A stretch of DNA of 64,000 nt, taken from positions 3,933 through 67,932 of the IMG/VR virus record IMGVR_UViG_2877705454_000002; one strand, written 5' to 3'. The position numbers and the translations under genes were made by a program. The stretch comes from a virus. Its lineage: Duplodnaviria; Caudoviricetes. Positions 26,146-35,845 of the stretch are shown in pieces. The notes under the pieces were generated by a model. That model saw nothing but the letters and a program-made list of their open reading frames with translations, ran no database searches and was not told the DNA's origin. Each line of letters begins with the position of its first letter. The first letter of the stretch is position 1.

Positions 26146-27687
26146 ATGGCCGGTACGCCAGATCTCGTCAGTGCCTTCGCCGACCTGTGCGCCGCCCGCC
26201 CCGGCTACGCGAAAGCCGAGGCGTACTTCGACGGCGACGTCGACGAGATCTACGCCTCCGACAAGGTCGCCCGCCTCCTCGCCAAGTCGAACCTCGACGA
26301 ACTCGACGAAATCAACTTTGCGCGGATTCCCGTCACCGCCATCACCGACCGCCTCCACATCACTTCGATCACCACAGGCGACGACGACGCCGACGAGGAC
26401 ATCAAGGCACTCGTCAAACGGAACCAGCTCGACGAGGAACTCCCCGGCCTCCACACCCGCGCCTGCTCGCAGGGCGACGCCTACCTCATGGTCTGGCCCA
26501 CCCTCGACCCGGACGGGAACGTCGCCAACGTCGACATGCTCGTCAACAGCGCCGCCACCGTCCGCGTGATCTACGACGAGGAGAACCCCCTCCGCAAGAA
26601 ACTCGCCATCAAGTCCTGGACCAACGGCAGCGGCAAGGACCAGCAGATCCGCGCCGACCTCTACTACCCCCACCGCAGCGACGAGGATCCCGCACGGATC
26701 GAACGCTGGGTGTGGCAGGGCCGGCACCGCGGCAAGCAGGACAAGTGGCAGCCCTACACCGAGGACGGACAGGACGCGGTCCTGCCCAACCCGTGGGGCG
26801 AGATCCCCTTTTTCCACTACCGCACCGGCCGCCCTTACGGCCGGCCCGAGCACTATGCCGCTTACGGCGCCCAGTCGATCATCAACAAGCTGGTCGTGTC
26901 GCATGCGGCGACGATCGATTTTCAGAGTCTGCCGCAGCGGTATGGGCTGATCGATCCGACGGTGGATCAGTCGGGGATGCAGGGCGCGGACTTCGACGCC
27001 GACTCGCCCTACGACGAGGGCGCCGATCCGGAGAGCCCGGGGAACCCGTCGCAGTTGCGGAACGACCCGGGCGAGCTGTGGCTGCTGCAAGGCTTGAAGG
27101 GTGTCGGGCAGTTTGAGGCGGCGAACTCGGACACCTACCTGAAGCCGTTCGACCGCTATGTAAAGGCGATGGCGCAGGTCACGTCCACTCCGTTCTCAGA
27201 GTTCGACTCCACCGGCGACGCGATCTCCGGGAAAGCTCGGGTCGAGGCGCGCGCCTCACAGACCGCCCGGGTGCAGGCCCGGCAGCGCAGCTTGGGCGCC
27301 ACCCACGAGGACGCCTTCGAGTTCGCGCTGCGCCTCCTCGGATACGACGACCCCGACGTCACCGTGCGCTGGCAGCCCGCCGACTACCGCGACGACACCG
27401 AAGGCTGGGCCACCACCAGCGCAAAGATCGACGCCGGTGTGCCCCGCGAACGCGCCCTCATCGAAGCGGGCTGCCCGCCCGAGCTGGTCGAGGCATGGAT
27501 GCGCGACCTCGACGACGACGCCGAACTCGCCCGCCGCGCCGACCTCCTCCTGAAGATCGGCAACGCCGTACAGGCCCTCGGCACCGGCGTCCAACTCGGC
27601 GCCATCGAAGCCACCGACGTCACCAAGATCCTCGACAGCATGCTCGGCGCAGCCACCACTCTGGGCAGCACCGAGGCCAACCGCTGA
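26146..27687 (+). CDS. Portal protein (SPP1 gp6-like)
   Basis: YFDG, NFARIPV, NPWGEIP, YGRPEH; position after terL. Confidence 0.9.
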   Translation: MAGTPDLVSAFADLCAARPGYAKAEAYFDGDVDEIYASDKVARLLAKSNLDELDEINFARIPVTAITDRLHITSITTGDDDADEDIKALVKRNQLDEELPGLHTRACSQGDAYLMVWPTLDPDGNVANVDMLVNSAATVRVIYDEENPLRKKLAIKSWTNGSGKDQQIRADLYYPHRSDEDPARIERWVWQGRHRGKQDKWQPYTEDGQDAVLPNPWGEIPFFHYRTGRPYGRPEHYAAYGAQSIINKLVVSHAATIDFQSLPQRYGLIDPTVDQSGMQGADFDADSPYDEGADPESPGNPSQLRNDPGELWLLQGLKGVGQFEAANSDTYLKPFDRYVKAMAQVTSTPFSEFDSTGDAISGKARVEARASQTARVQARQRSLGATHEDAFEFALRLLGYDDPDVTVRWQPADYRDDTEGWATTSAKIDAGVPRERALIEAGCPPELVEAWMRDLDDDAELARRADLLLKIGNAVQALGTGVQLGAIEATDVTKILDSMLGAATTLGSTEANR

Positions 27688-28691
27688 TGGCCGCCCCGCA
27701 CACACCGCAACAGCTCGCCGACCTGGTCCAGACACGGCAGACAGACGAAGCCAGAACGCTGGAGGATCGCGTCGCGCACACCGCGGACGCGGGCGCCGCC
27801 GCGAAACTGGCCGCCCTGGTGAGGGACGTCCTCGCCTGGTGGATCAACGCGTTCGGCTCACTCACCGCAGCGGGCACGGGGGCGAGGCTGGCGAGTCTCC
27901 TCGCGGACGTGCGGGCCCGAGTCGAGCAGGCCACCCGGGGCATGCCCGGACGGACGCAGCGCACCCTGGACGGGGCGCTGGAGGAAGCCACCGAGCTGGG
28001 CGCCTGGCACGCAGCAAACTTCCTGACCCGCGCAACCGGCCGGCAGCACGACACCCCTGATGTTGCGGTGCCGGACGACGCGGCGCGGGCAGCGATGGCG
28101 CTGGCCGGCCGGATCGGGGAGCAGTTGCGGTCGGCGAGCCGGCTCCTGACGCCGCGCATGGTGGCGGGGAGTGGCTGGCGGGGTGTTCTGGCGGGGGTGG
28201 GTGCTGCGCGGCGGGCTGCGGGCATGGTGCGGCATGGTGCGGCGTGGGGGGTTCAGCGGGCCGTCAATGACGGCGCGGCGCAGGTCGCCGACCACTTCGG
28301 GGCGGCGCTGTTGTGGGTGGCGGAGCCGACGGCGTGTGTGCGCTGCGCCGCCTACTCGGGGCACGTCACGGCTCCTGGCGGGAAGTTCCCCGGCGGTCTG
28401 TCGATGGACCCGGCCAGCCGCTCTGCTGCGGCGGCACCGATCGAGGGCCCGCCCCTGCACGTGAACTGCCGCTGCCGGGCAGTCCCGTGGATGCCTGACT
28501 GGGACACCGGGCCGGGCACTTTGCCTGCTCTGTTGCGCGACCAGGCTCTGACGTCGGTCGCTGCCGGGGAGCAGCGTCCGTCCGAATCGCGTGCCGCCCG
28601 GCGGAGGGCGGCCCAAGACCTGCTGGCGCGCCGCGGTCTGCCCGCGCGTGTCCGGCGTCAGGCTGCCGCGACTGCGGCAGCCCGCACGTGA
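27687..28691 (+). CDS. MuF-like minor head protein
   Basis: ACVRC...PPLHVNCRC. Confidence 0.85.
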   Translation: MAAPHTPQQLADLVQTRQTDEARTLEDRVAHTADAGAAAKLAALVRDVLAWWINAFGSLTAAGTGARLASLLADVRARVEQATRGMPGRTQRTLDGALEEATELGAWHAANFLTRATGRQHDTPDVAVPDDAARAAMALAGRIGEQLRSASRLLTPRMVAGSGWRGVLAGVGAARRAAGMVRHGAAWGVQRAVNDGAAQVADHFGAALLWVAEPTACVRCAAYSGHVTAPGGKFPGGLSMDPASRSAAAAPIEGPPLHVNCRCRAVPWMPDWDTGPGTLPALLRDQALTSVAAGEQRPSESRAARRRAAQDLLARRGLPARVRRQAAATAAART

Positions 28692-28701
28692 GGAGAATCT
28701 G

Positions 28702-29430
28702 ATGGCACCCGACATGCCCGGCTGGGCTCACCCCTACCGCAGTCCGTTCGTCGTGTACGCGGACGGCGGCGACGAACCGGCACCCGAACCGACCGTATCC
28801 GTCGACCCGGAGCCGGACGACGAGCCTGCCGACGACTGGCAGCCGCCGTCTCGCGAGGAGTACGAGAGGCTGGTCGAAGGGAAGCGGAAGGCCGACGCGG
28901 AGGCCGCGGCCCGCCGCAAGTACCTGCGCCAGCACGGCATCGACCCCAAGACCGGCAACAAGGTCCAGGCCGACGACCCCGAACCCGAGCCGGAGCCGCA
29001 GGGCGGCACCCCGGCCGGGCCGACCGCGGCGGAGATCCGCCGCCAGGTCGAGAAGGCCGCGGCCGAGGCGGAGCTGCGGGGGCTGCGCAAGACGAAGGCG
29101 CTCGTCACCGGCGTCAACTCGGCCCTGGCCGGGGCGGGGTGGAACGGGCAGCGCCTCAACTCGCTGATGAAGCTGATCGATCTGGACGACGTCGAGGTCG
29201 ACGACGACGGCGAGATCACGGGCCTGTCGGAGCAGATCGACGCGATCAGGTCGGAGTGGCCGGAGTTCTTCAAGCGCACCCGCCAGTTGTCCACCACGTC
29301 CAATGCGACTGGCGGTTCTGGCCAGAATGGTGTACCGGCGGCTAAGGTGGACACGGCTGACAAGCCTGCACCCAAGCCGGAGCCCAAGGGATGGGCCGAG
29401 ACTCTCGCGGAGCGGGCCCTGCGCAGCTAG
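28702..29430 (+). CDS. Capsid scaffolding protein
   Basis: Acidic/Pro-rich, EAAARR, position before the major capsid gene. Confidence 0.82.
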   Translation: MAPDMPGWAHPYRSPFVVYADGGDEPAPEPTVSVDPEPDDEPADDWQPPSREEYERLVEGKRKADAEAAARRKYLRQHGIDPKTGNKVQADDPEPEPEPQGGTPAGPTAAEIRRQVEKAAAEAELRGLRKTKALVTGVNSALAGAGWNGQRLNSLMKLIDLDDVEVDDDGEITGLSEQIDAIRSEWPEFFKRTRQLSTTSNATGGSGQNGVPAAKVDTADKPAPKPEPKGWAETLAERALRS

Positions 29431-29538
29431 ACGCGCACCCAGTGCGCAGGAACGAGCGGGACAGCTCACAGTTCGCCCAGGACGGGCACCCACCATCCGT
29501 GCGGGCTGTGAGCCCCCGTCCTTCCTGGAGTGCCCACC

Positions 29539-30480
29539 GTGGCCAGCACCGACATCATCAACGACTGGATCCCCATCGAGTGGGACTCCGACGTCATCTC
29601 CCGCGTCCTCATGGACTCCGCCGTCGAGCGCTTCGGCCGACCGCACCCCATGTCCTCCGCCACCAAGCGCGTCCTGCGCTCCGGCGGCCTCACCGTCTCT
29701 GTGGGCACCACCTACACGCCCGACGCGTCCTCGAACGACTACATCACCCTCACCGCCCGCCGCTTCCTCTCCCAGTTCGTCGTGGACGAGGACGACCTCG
29801 CCGACGCCGACAGCGTCATCGACACCCTGCGCGTCAAGGGCATGGACTGGGCGATCTCCTATGCCGACACCTTCGACAACGCGTGCCTCGGCGTGTCCGC
29901 GGCGGAGAACGGCACCACTGCCCCCTTCACCAGCGTGTACAAGGCGCTGCGCACCACCAACTCCGCCACCGGCTACGACGCGGACGACAACTACCTGTCG
30001 TGGGACGACGACAACACCTCCTTCTCCGCCTCCTCGGCCGGCGCGTCGCTGTACGAGAAGCTGTCCGCGACCTTCAAGCGGGTGGAGACCGGCAAGTACT
30101 GGAGCAAGGCGGACGAACTCGTCATCGCCGCGCCGGGCTGGCGCGACGCGTTCCGTAACTGCGTCGACTCCCAGGGCCGCCCCATCTTCATCGAGGGCAC
30201 CGGGGGCACGCCGGACCGGCTGTTCGACGCCACGGTCGCCTGGTCGCGCGGATGCAAGGTCTCCGGGGCCCTGTCCGGCTCGCCGACCGGCAACGACCTG
30301 CTCATCTACGGCAACCGCCAGTTCCTCAAGCGAGGCGACCGCTCCCAGCCCGAGTCCCTGGTCGACCAGGCGCGCGCGCAGGACTCCACCGACGACACCG
30401 CAGTCAAGTTCCGCGTCCGCCGCGGCTTCGGAGTCGGCCACGAGCGGGCGCTAGCCGTCCTGGAGCGCATCACCGACTAG
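29539..30480 (+). CDS. Major capsid protein (HK97 fold)
   Basis: WIP.E, DSQGRPIF, RVRRGFGV; position. Confidence 0.88.
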   Translation: MASTDIINDWIPIEWDSDVISRVLMDSAVERFGRPHPMSSATKRVLRSGGLTVSVGTTYTPDASSNDYITLTARRFLSQFVVDEDDLADADSVIDTLRVKGMDWAISYADTFDNACLGVSAAENGTTAPFTSVYKALRTTNSATGYDADDNYLSWDDDNTSFSASSAGASLYEKLSATFKRVETGKYWSKADELVIAAPGWRDAFRNCVDSQGRPIFIEGTGGTPDRLFDATVAWSRGCKVSGALSGSPTGNDLLIYGNRQFLKRGDRSQPESLVDQARAQDSTDDTAVKFRVRRGFGVGHERALAVLERITD

Positions 30481-30555
30481 CCGGCCTTTCGGACCGCCGC
30501 CGGGGATCGGGTGGGTGCCACCCCGGCGGCACCGGCCAACAGCGTGGGAGACGCG

Positions 30556-30921
30556 ATGGATTACGAGCAGATGAGTGTGCAGGAGCTGCGGGAGGCGTGT
30601 CAGGCCCGCGGTCTCGGCACCGCGCGCTCACGCGCCGACCTGATCCAGCGCCTCACCGGTCACGACGCCCGACGGGGGCCCGAGGACACGGTACAGGCCC
30701 CGATCAGCAGCCCTGAGTCTGTGATCCCGGCCTCCTTCACCACAACGTTCCCCGCGGAGCCCGACGGCCCGGACGAGGAGACCCACCTCGCCCACCGGCA
30801 GGCCACCATCCAAGCCGCGGCCGCAGCCGGGCTCGTTCCGCGCGGTGACGCCCGACGTGCTGCCACCCGGGACGGAGTGTGGGTGTACGAGGTGTCCGTC
30901 AGGCGGGGGGTTCCGTCATGA
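30556..30921 (+). CDS. SAP-domain protein
   Basis: MSVQELREACQARGL....RADLIQRL. Confidence 0.72.
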   Translation: MDYEQMSVQELREACQARGLGTARSRADLIQRLTGHDARRGPEDTVQAPISSPESVIPASFTTTFPAEPDGPDEETHLAHRQATIQAAAAAGLVPRGDARRAATRDGVWVYEVSVRRGVPS

Positions 30922-31373
30922 CGTGGGCCACGACGAGCGACGTGATCACCTACACCGGCATCAACGCCACCGCCGCCCAGGTCGAACAGGCGCAGGGCGT
31001 CATCGAACTCTTCGCGGATGTCACCGAGCAGGCATCCGACGACGGCCTGATCTCGGAGAAGAACCTGCGCCTGCTCAAGCAGGCTGTCGCCTACCAGGCC
31101 GCATGGATCACCCAGCACCCGGACGCGTTCACCAACGTCGACCTCACCAGCTTCAACCAGGACCAGGTCTCTGGACAGCTCCGGCACGACAACGCCCTGA
31201 TCCTCGCCCCGCTCGCTAAGCGCTGCATCGACCGCCTGTCGTGGCGCCGCAACCGCGGCCTGCGGATCCAGCGGCGGGGCGGCTCCGGCAGCATCCCGGC
31301 CCGCATGAACCTCACCTCTGCGGTGGCAGACGACAACGATCCGCGCTGGCGGCCGATCGGGGAGGTCTGCTGA
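30918..31373 (+). CDS. Head-to-tail adaptor
   Basis: WAT..DV...TG; position. Confidence 0.72.
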   Translation: MTWATTSDVITYTGINATAAQVEQAQGVIELFADVTEQASDDGLISEKNLRLLKQAVAYQAAWITQHPDAFTNVDLTSFNQDQVSGQLRHDNALILAPLAKRCIDRLSWRRNRGLRIQRRGGSGSIPARMNLTSAVADDNDPRWRPIGEVC

Positions 31374-31702
31374 TGCTCGCAGTGGGGACGACCACGATCA
31401 CCGTCTACCGCGGCACGACCACCGATGCGTGGGGCGACGAAGCCGACACCGACACCCCGGTCCACACCGGCATCGTCGCGTCGATCACCGAACAGTCCCG
31501 CCGGGTCACCACCAGGGACGATCCGACGCCGCGGATCGTCCGCTACGCCGTCAGCCGCGTCACCGCAGGCACCGACATCACCGACCAGGACCGCATCCGC
31601 GACGAGCGCACCGGCGCCGTCTACATCGTCGAAGCCGTGTCCTCCATGAACTCGCCGGTCGTGGCCGCTGATCTGCGGCTCGACCTGCGCCGCACCACCT
31701 GA
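31373..31702 (+). CDS. Head-to-tail stopper
   Basis: D.WGDE...DRIRDE..Y.VE; position. Confidence 0.72.
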   Translation: MLAVGTTTITVYRGTTTDAWGDEADTDTPVHTGIVASITEQSRRVTTRDDPTPRIVRYAVSRVTAGTDITDQDRIRDERTGAVYIVEAVSSMNSPVVAADLRLDLRRTT

Positions 31703-31759
31703 CCGACAACCGAACAGGCCACACAGTCCGGGGAGACCGGGCGGCCAAGTAAGACACCA

Positions 31760-31900
31760 CCTTCGGAGAGGAGGCGGCCGTGACTCCACCTACCGCGAAC
31801 GCGGCAGGCTTCCTGCACCGCTGGCTATACAGCGTTACAGAGGACCAGCCCGGTCCTGAGAACGTTCAGTGCGCCAACCACGTCGGCATTGGCGCCGTGT
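31760..31900 (-). ncRNA. Predicted TnpB reRNA/omegaRNA; scaffold ends at TCAC (31780), guide GGCCGCCUCCUCUCCGAAGG; 5' boundary approximate
   Basis: Typical right-end motif following and overlapping the tnpB 3' end. Confidence 0.6.
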
Positions 31901-33036
31901 CTGCACGCAACGCACTTGAACTCTGCTTGGCTGACGCGGTTCTCCTTCGCAACGTGCCCGCATTCAGGGCAGGTGCGGGAGGTGTTGCGGGGGTCCACTG
32001 CGACAACGGTCCGACCGGCACTTTCAGCCTTGTTGGCGAGGATCGCAAGGAATACCCCCCAACCCACGTCGAGGATGTTGCGGTTGGTACTGGCCTTGGC
32101 GGAGGCTCCGTTCGGCAGGAAGTCGCCAAGCGCTGCGGGGTTAGGCTTCGGCGCAGGCGCCTTGGTCAGCCCCACCGTGTTCAGCCGCTCGTGGACGATC
32201 ACGTCGTGGTCCCGGACGAGGGCCAGCGCGGTCTTGTGGGCGTGGTCCAGCCTCTGTCTGCGCACCTTGGCGTGCAGAGTCGCCACCTTGCGAAGTGCTG
32301 CCTGGTGAGCCTTCGAGCGATCACGGGCGCGCTTCCGCGTCGGAAACGTCGACAGATGCCGTTGCGCGCTCGCCAGGTCTTCGGCTGCCGCAGTCAGGAA
32401 CCGAGGGTTGGCGACATGCTGGCCGTCGCTGGTGGTGAGGAAATGGGCCACCCCCATATCGACCCCAACAACGGCACCAGTTGCAGGGAGAGGCTCGGCG
32501 TCCATTTCGTCACAGGCGAGTACGACGAACCAGCGTCCACCCTCACGCTTCACGCTGATCGTTTTGACACGGCCGCGCACCGGGCGGTGCTGGTGCACGC
32601 GGACATGGCCAACCCCCTGGAGGCGGACGCGAGTCTGCGGGTCGTGCGGGGTGGAGTCCCAGCGGCAACCGTCACCGTCCTTCGGGAAGACGACGGTATC
32701 GAAGTGACCGACGCCCTTGAAGCGCGGGTAGCCGGGCGTCTGCCCGGCCTTGACGCGGCGGAAGAAGGCTTGGAACGCCTTGTCGAGGCGGCGCAGGGTG
32801 GCTTGCTGGGAGGAGAACGACCAGCGACCTTGACGTTCGGGGTCGAAGGCGCGGATGCCACTCAACTGGGCGGACTGCATGCCGTACCGGACGTTGGTCT
32901 TCGAGTCGTGCTGGTAGGCGCCCCGGCGTTCCTGGAGCGCGCCGTTGTACAGCGAGCAGTGGTCCCGCATCATCTCGCCCAGCGCGACCGCCTGACGGGC
33001 CGTGGGGCGCAGGAGGAACTTGTACGCGCGGATCAC
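31825..33036 (-). CDS. tnpB: TnpB RNA-guided endonuclease
   Basis: RAYKFLLRPT, GVDMG (RuvC-I D), VHERL (RuvC-II E), TSRTCPECG/CVAC zinc finger, NADVVGALN (RuvC-III D). Confidence 0.95.
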   Translation of the reverse strand: MIRAYKFLLRPTARQAVALGEMMRDHCSLYNGALQERRGAYQHDSKTNVRYGMQSAQLSGIRAFDPERQGRWSFSSQQATLRRLDKAFQAFFRRVKAGQTPGYPRFKGVGHFDTVVFPKDGDGCRWDSTPHDPQTRVRLQGVGHVRVHQHRPVRGRVKTISVKREGGRWFVVLACDEMDAEPLPATGAVVGVDMGVAHFLTTSDGQHVANPRFLTAAAEDLASAQRHLSTFPTRKRARDRSKAHQAALRKVATLHAKVRRQRLDHAHKTALALVRDHDVIVHERLNTVGLTKAPAPKPNPAALGDFLPNGASAKASTNRNILDVGWGVFLAILANKAESAGRTVVAVDPRNTSRTCPECGHVAKENRVSQAEFKCVACRHGANADVVGALNVLRTGLVLCNAV

Positions 33037-33194
33037 GCCTGGCGCCTCCGTTCAACGCGGAGGGCGTCGGCGAGGAGAACGCAGGCAGCGGCGTTGATCG
33101 AGATGCCCGCCCGATGGGCGTACTCCTCGATCTGCCGCTTCAGTTCCGGGGGGACGCGAAGGTTCAGCGACTCCCGGCGATCTCCTCTAGCCAC
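33033..33194 (-). CDS. Arc/RHH (HicB-like) DNA-binding protein
   Basis: LNLRVPPELKRQIEEYAHRAGISIN; coupled to tnpB. Confidence 0.78.
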   Translation of the reverse strand: MARGDRRESLNLRVPPELKRQIEEYAHRAGISINAAACVLLADALRVERRRQA

Positions 33195-33234
33195 AACCAA
33201 AATGCTACCACTTTGCAGCCACTGGAGGGCGGCC

Positions 33235-33606
33235 ATGGCGCGATCCGGCGTGCGGATCGACCCCAGCGCACGCGCGCACGTCGACGCGGCGATCAACGAC
33301 TGGCTCAGCGATGTCATCGGCGACGCCATCCTCTCCGACGCCCGCGACTTCGTCCCCAAGCGCACCAGCCGCCTCCACGACTCCCTCCGCGCCGAGGTCC
33401 AAGGCAAAGTCCTGCGGGTCGGGTCGCTGGACGTGAACTACTGCACAGCCATCGAGATGGGCCTCCCCGCGATGACCATCACGCCCCGGTTCAAGCAGGC
33501 CCTGTACTGGGAGGGCGCCGACCACCCGGTGAAGAAGGTCAACCTGCCGGCCCGCCCGCCTCAGCCGTTTTTGCGTCCCGCTCTTTTCCAGCGGAGGACG
33601 GCATGA
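33235..33606 (+). CDS. HK97 gp10-like neck/tail completion protein
   Basis: VPKRTSRL..SL...Y...IEMG...PQPFLRPAL. Confidence 0.82.
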   Translation: MARSGVRIDPSARAHVDAAINDWLSDVIGDAILSDARDFVPKRTSRLHDSLRAEVQGKVLRVGSLDVNYCTAIEMGLPAMTITPRFKQALYWEGADHPVKKVNLPARPPQPFLRPALFQRRTA

Positions 33607-34052
33607 GCCTCCAACTGCGGGCCACCCCCGAACTCGTCGCCGCGGCTTGGCTCAAGACTGTCGTCGGCGACCGCGTGGCCACGACCCTGCCGAAGGACAA
33701 CAGCAGTTGGGCGGCGTCCGGGTTCTGCACCCTCGTCGTCGCCGGAGGAACCCCCAACCTGTACGTCCCGCTCCGCGATCCGGCGATCGGCGTGGACTGC
33801 TGGGCCGTCAACCCGCAGTCTCAGAAGCCGCCGTGGAACAAGGCTGCCGCGCTTGTGTCCGCGATCGAGGCGGCCTGCTGGGAACATGCGGCGGTCCCGC
33901 AGAGGGTCACGCTCCCGGCTGGCTATTCGCAGGCGCAGGTGCTGTCGGCGTACACGGTCGGCGAGGCGCGGCGGATCCACGACGACGCTTCGTCTTACGC
34001 CCGCTACAGCATTCCTGGGCTGGTCATCGCGTGGACGGAGGTTCCGTCGTGA
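33603..34052 (+). CDS. Tail terminator-like protein
   Basis: Position and size. Confidence 0.7.
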   Translation: MSLQLRATPELVAAAWLKTVVGDRVATTLPKDNSSWAASGFCTLVVAGGTPNLYVPLRDPAIGVDCWAVNPQSQKPPWNKAAALVSAIEAACWEHAAVPQRVTLPAGYSQAQVLSAYTVGEARRIHDDASSYARYSIPGLVIAWTEVPS

Positions 34053-34279
34053 GCCGGATGTGGGCGGTGCAGGAGGACACGCCGCACGGTCAGCTCCTGT
34101 CCTGGAACGGCCGGGTGATCGTCCACAACAGCCGGGGCGAGTTGGAGTTCCTGCTGGCCGGGCCGATCCGGATCGTGCCGTGTCCGCCGAGCCTGCGCGC
34201 CGAGGACTGCATCGAGCTGCGCTTCCACCCGCACTACGCCCACCACACCTTCCCCCTCGTGAGGAGCGCCTACCGATGA
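34049..34279 (+). CDS. Hypothetical protein
   Basis: Coupled ORF. Confidence 0.6.
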   Translation: MSRMWAVQEDTPHGQLLSWNGRVIVHNSRGELEFLLAGPIRIVPCPPSLRAEDCIELRFHPHYAHHTFPLVRSAYR

Positions 34280-34461
34280 AGCGGACCGTCCGCACCACCA
34301 TGCGACCCGACCAGACCATCGAAGTCGACGACCAGGAATACAGCAGCCTGAAGCGGCAGGGACTCCTCGCCGACGACCCGGCCCCCACGATCCCGGCCGC
34401 TCCCATGCCGCCGGCCACCACGAAGAAGACCTCCGGCGGGACCGGAAGCAAGGAGAGCTGA
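34276..34461 (+). CDS. Hypothetical protein
   Basis: GAGGAG RBS. Confidence 0.6.
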   Translation: MKRTVRTTMRPDQTIEVDDQEYSSLKRQGLLADDPAPTIPAAPMPPATTKKTSGGTGSKES

Positions 34462-34464
34462 CCA

Positions 34465-35025
34465 GTGAGCGTCAACACCACCAACCTCATCCAGGGGCCG
34501 GCGACCCTCTACAAGGGCGATTACGGGGCGGCCGAGCCGGCCGACACCGACGTCAACACCACCCCGGCCGCGTCCTCGTGGACGGACATGGGCGGCACCC
34601 AGGACGGCGTGAAGCTCAGCGTGGACCAGACCTACTCGGAGCTGGAAGTCGACCAGATCACCCTCCGTGTCGGGTCGCGGCTGACGAAGCAGGACTTCAT
34701 GATCGAAACGTCGCTGGCGGAGGCCACGCTGGAGAACTTCTCCATCAGCCTCAACGGCGGCACCGCCGCGTCCGGGTCCGGCTACAAGAGCTTCGAACCC
34801 AACGTCACCAGCTCGGCGACGCAGCCGAACTACTTCGCGGTCATCCTCGACGGGTACGCGCCCGAGCAGCTCCGCCGCCGCATCATCGGCCGCCGCATGC
34901 TCAACACGGAGTCGTCCGAGCTGGCGTACACGAAGGACAAGCAGACGCTGATCCCGGTGAAGTTCGCCGGCCACTACGTCAGCTCGGTGATCGCCCCGTT
35001 CCACATCACCGACGAAGTGACCTGA
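34465..35025 (+). CDS. Major tail protein
   Basis: GPATLY, DMGGTQDGV, EVDQ, LAEATLEN. Confidence 0.85.
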   Translation: MSVNTTNLIQGPATLYKGDYGAAEPADTDVNTTPAASSWTDMGGTQDGVKLSVDQTYSELEVDQITLRVGSRLTKQDFMIETSLAEATLENFSISLNGGTAASGSGYKSFEPNVTSSATQPNYFAVILDGYAPEQLRRRIIGRRMLNTESSELAYTKDKQTLIPVKFAGHYVSSVIAPFHITDEVT

Positions 35026-35063
35026 CCGTCGGCACACCCTGCCCGTTCCGAGGAGTACCACCC

Positions 35064-35477
35064 ATGGCATCCACCACCCGTCAGACGGCGGCGGCCCGCA
35101 AGAGGGCCGCCGCCAAGCCCAGCGTCACCGCCGACCCGCTCGACGGCTTCGAGCCGATCCGGATCGCAGCCGACGACGACGTCGTAGAGGACCGCGTGCC
35201 GCTCTTCTACATCGGCGACACCGAGTACACGATCCCCCGCGAGATCGCCCCCGGCGTCGCACTCCAGTACCTGCGGCAGGCACGCGAGTCCGGACACGAA
35301 CTCGCCACCCCGCCGCTTCTGATCCGCGTCCTGGGCGAGGACGCCTACATGGCGCTGGAACAGTCCAAGGCCGTCACCGAACCTCAGTTGGAACGGATCG
35401 TGAAGACGATCGTGGACCTGGCACTCGGACAAGCCGACAAGAAGAAGGAGGAGGGGGGAAAAGCCCAGCGTGGCTGA
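35064..35477 (+). CDS. Tail assembly chaperone (G)
   Basis: Between the major tail and tape measure genes; ends with a slippery site. Confidence 0.82.
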   Translation: MASTTRQTAAARKRAAAKPSVTADPLDGFEPIRIAADDDVVEDRVPLFYIGDTEYTIPREIAPGVALQYLRQARESGHELATPPLLIRVLGEDAYMALEQSKAVTEPQLERIVKTIVDLALGQADKKKEEGGKAQRG

Positions 35478-35845
35478 CCACCCTCAGAGGCTGGCTGTAC
35501 GGTGCGCCGTGGGCTGACGCCATCGGCGAACGGGCGGGCCAGACCCTGTGGGTCCTCGACCACCTCGACGACCTGGACGCCGATTTCCTCGCCGTCTACG
35601 GCATCGACCTCGAACAGCAAGAGATCTCCGCCCGCCGCTACTTCGCCCTCGCGCACCGCCTCACCGCCTACACCGGCGTCATGGCCGCCCGCGCCGAAGC
35701 CGAACGAGACGACCGGCCCCCGAGCAGCACCCCAACCCGCACCAGCAGTACCCCCGCCCCTACACGGGGCGACGTGACAGAGCTGAGCCTGACCCAGTTC
35801 CGGGCCAAATTCCCCGGCCTGGTCAGCGTGGGACAGGGAGGGTAG
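35456..35845 (+). CDS. Tail assembly chaperone GT extension via -1 frameshift at GGGAAAA (35456-35462)
   Basis: -1 frame open KSPAWL...DLDADFLAVYGIDL...GQGG* up to the tape measure start. Confidence 0.8.
   Translation, partial: GKSPAWLTTLRGWLYGAPWADAIGERAGQTLWVLDHLDDLDADFLAVYGIDLEQQEISARRYFALAHRLTAYTGVMAARAEAERDDRPPSSTPTRTSSTPAPTRGDVTELSLTQFRAKFPGLVSVGQGG

Larger units (their letters stand above)
31780..33234 (-). mobile_element. Transposase-less IS200/IS605-family (IS1341-like) element: RHH gene plus tnpB
   Basis: Right end GAAGCC...hairpin...GGAGTCAC on the minus strand; removal restores GGAGAGGAGGCGGCC-ATG. Confidence 0.8.

Noticed and set aside
31825-33036. TnpB as Cas12f or as a nuclease-dead TldR
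   Set aside because: No CRISPR array, and the D-E-D catalytic residues are all present
35456-35462. Apparent frameshift in the tail chaperone gene
   Set aside because: Canonical programmed -1 frameshift, neither a pseudogene nor novel
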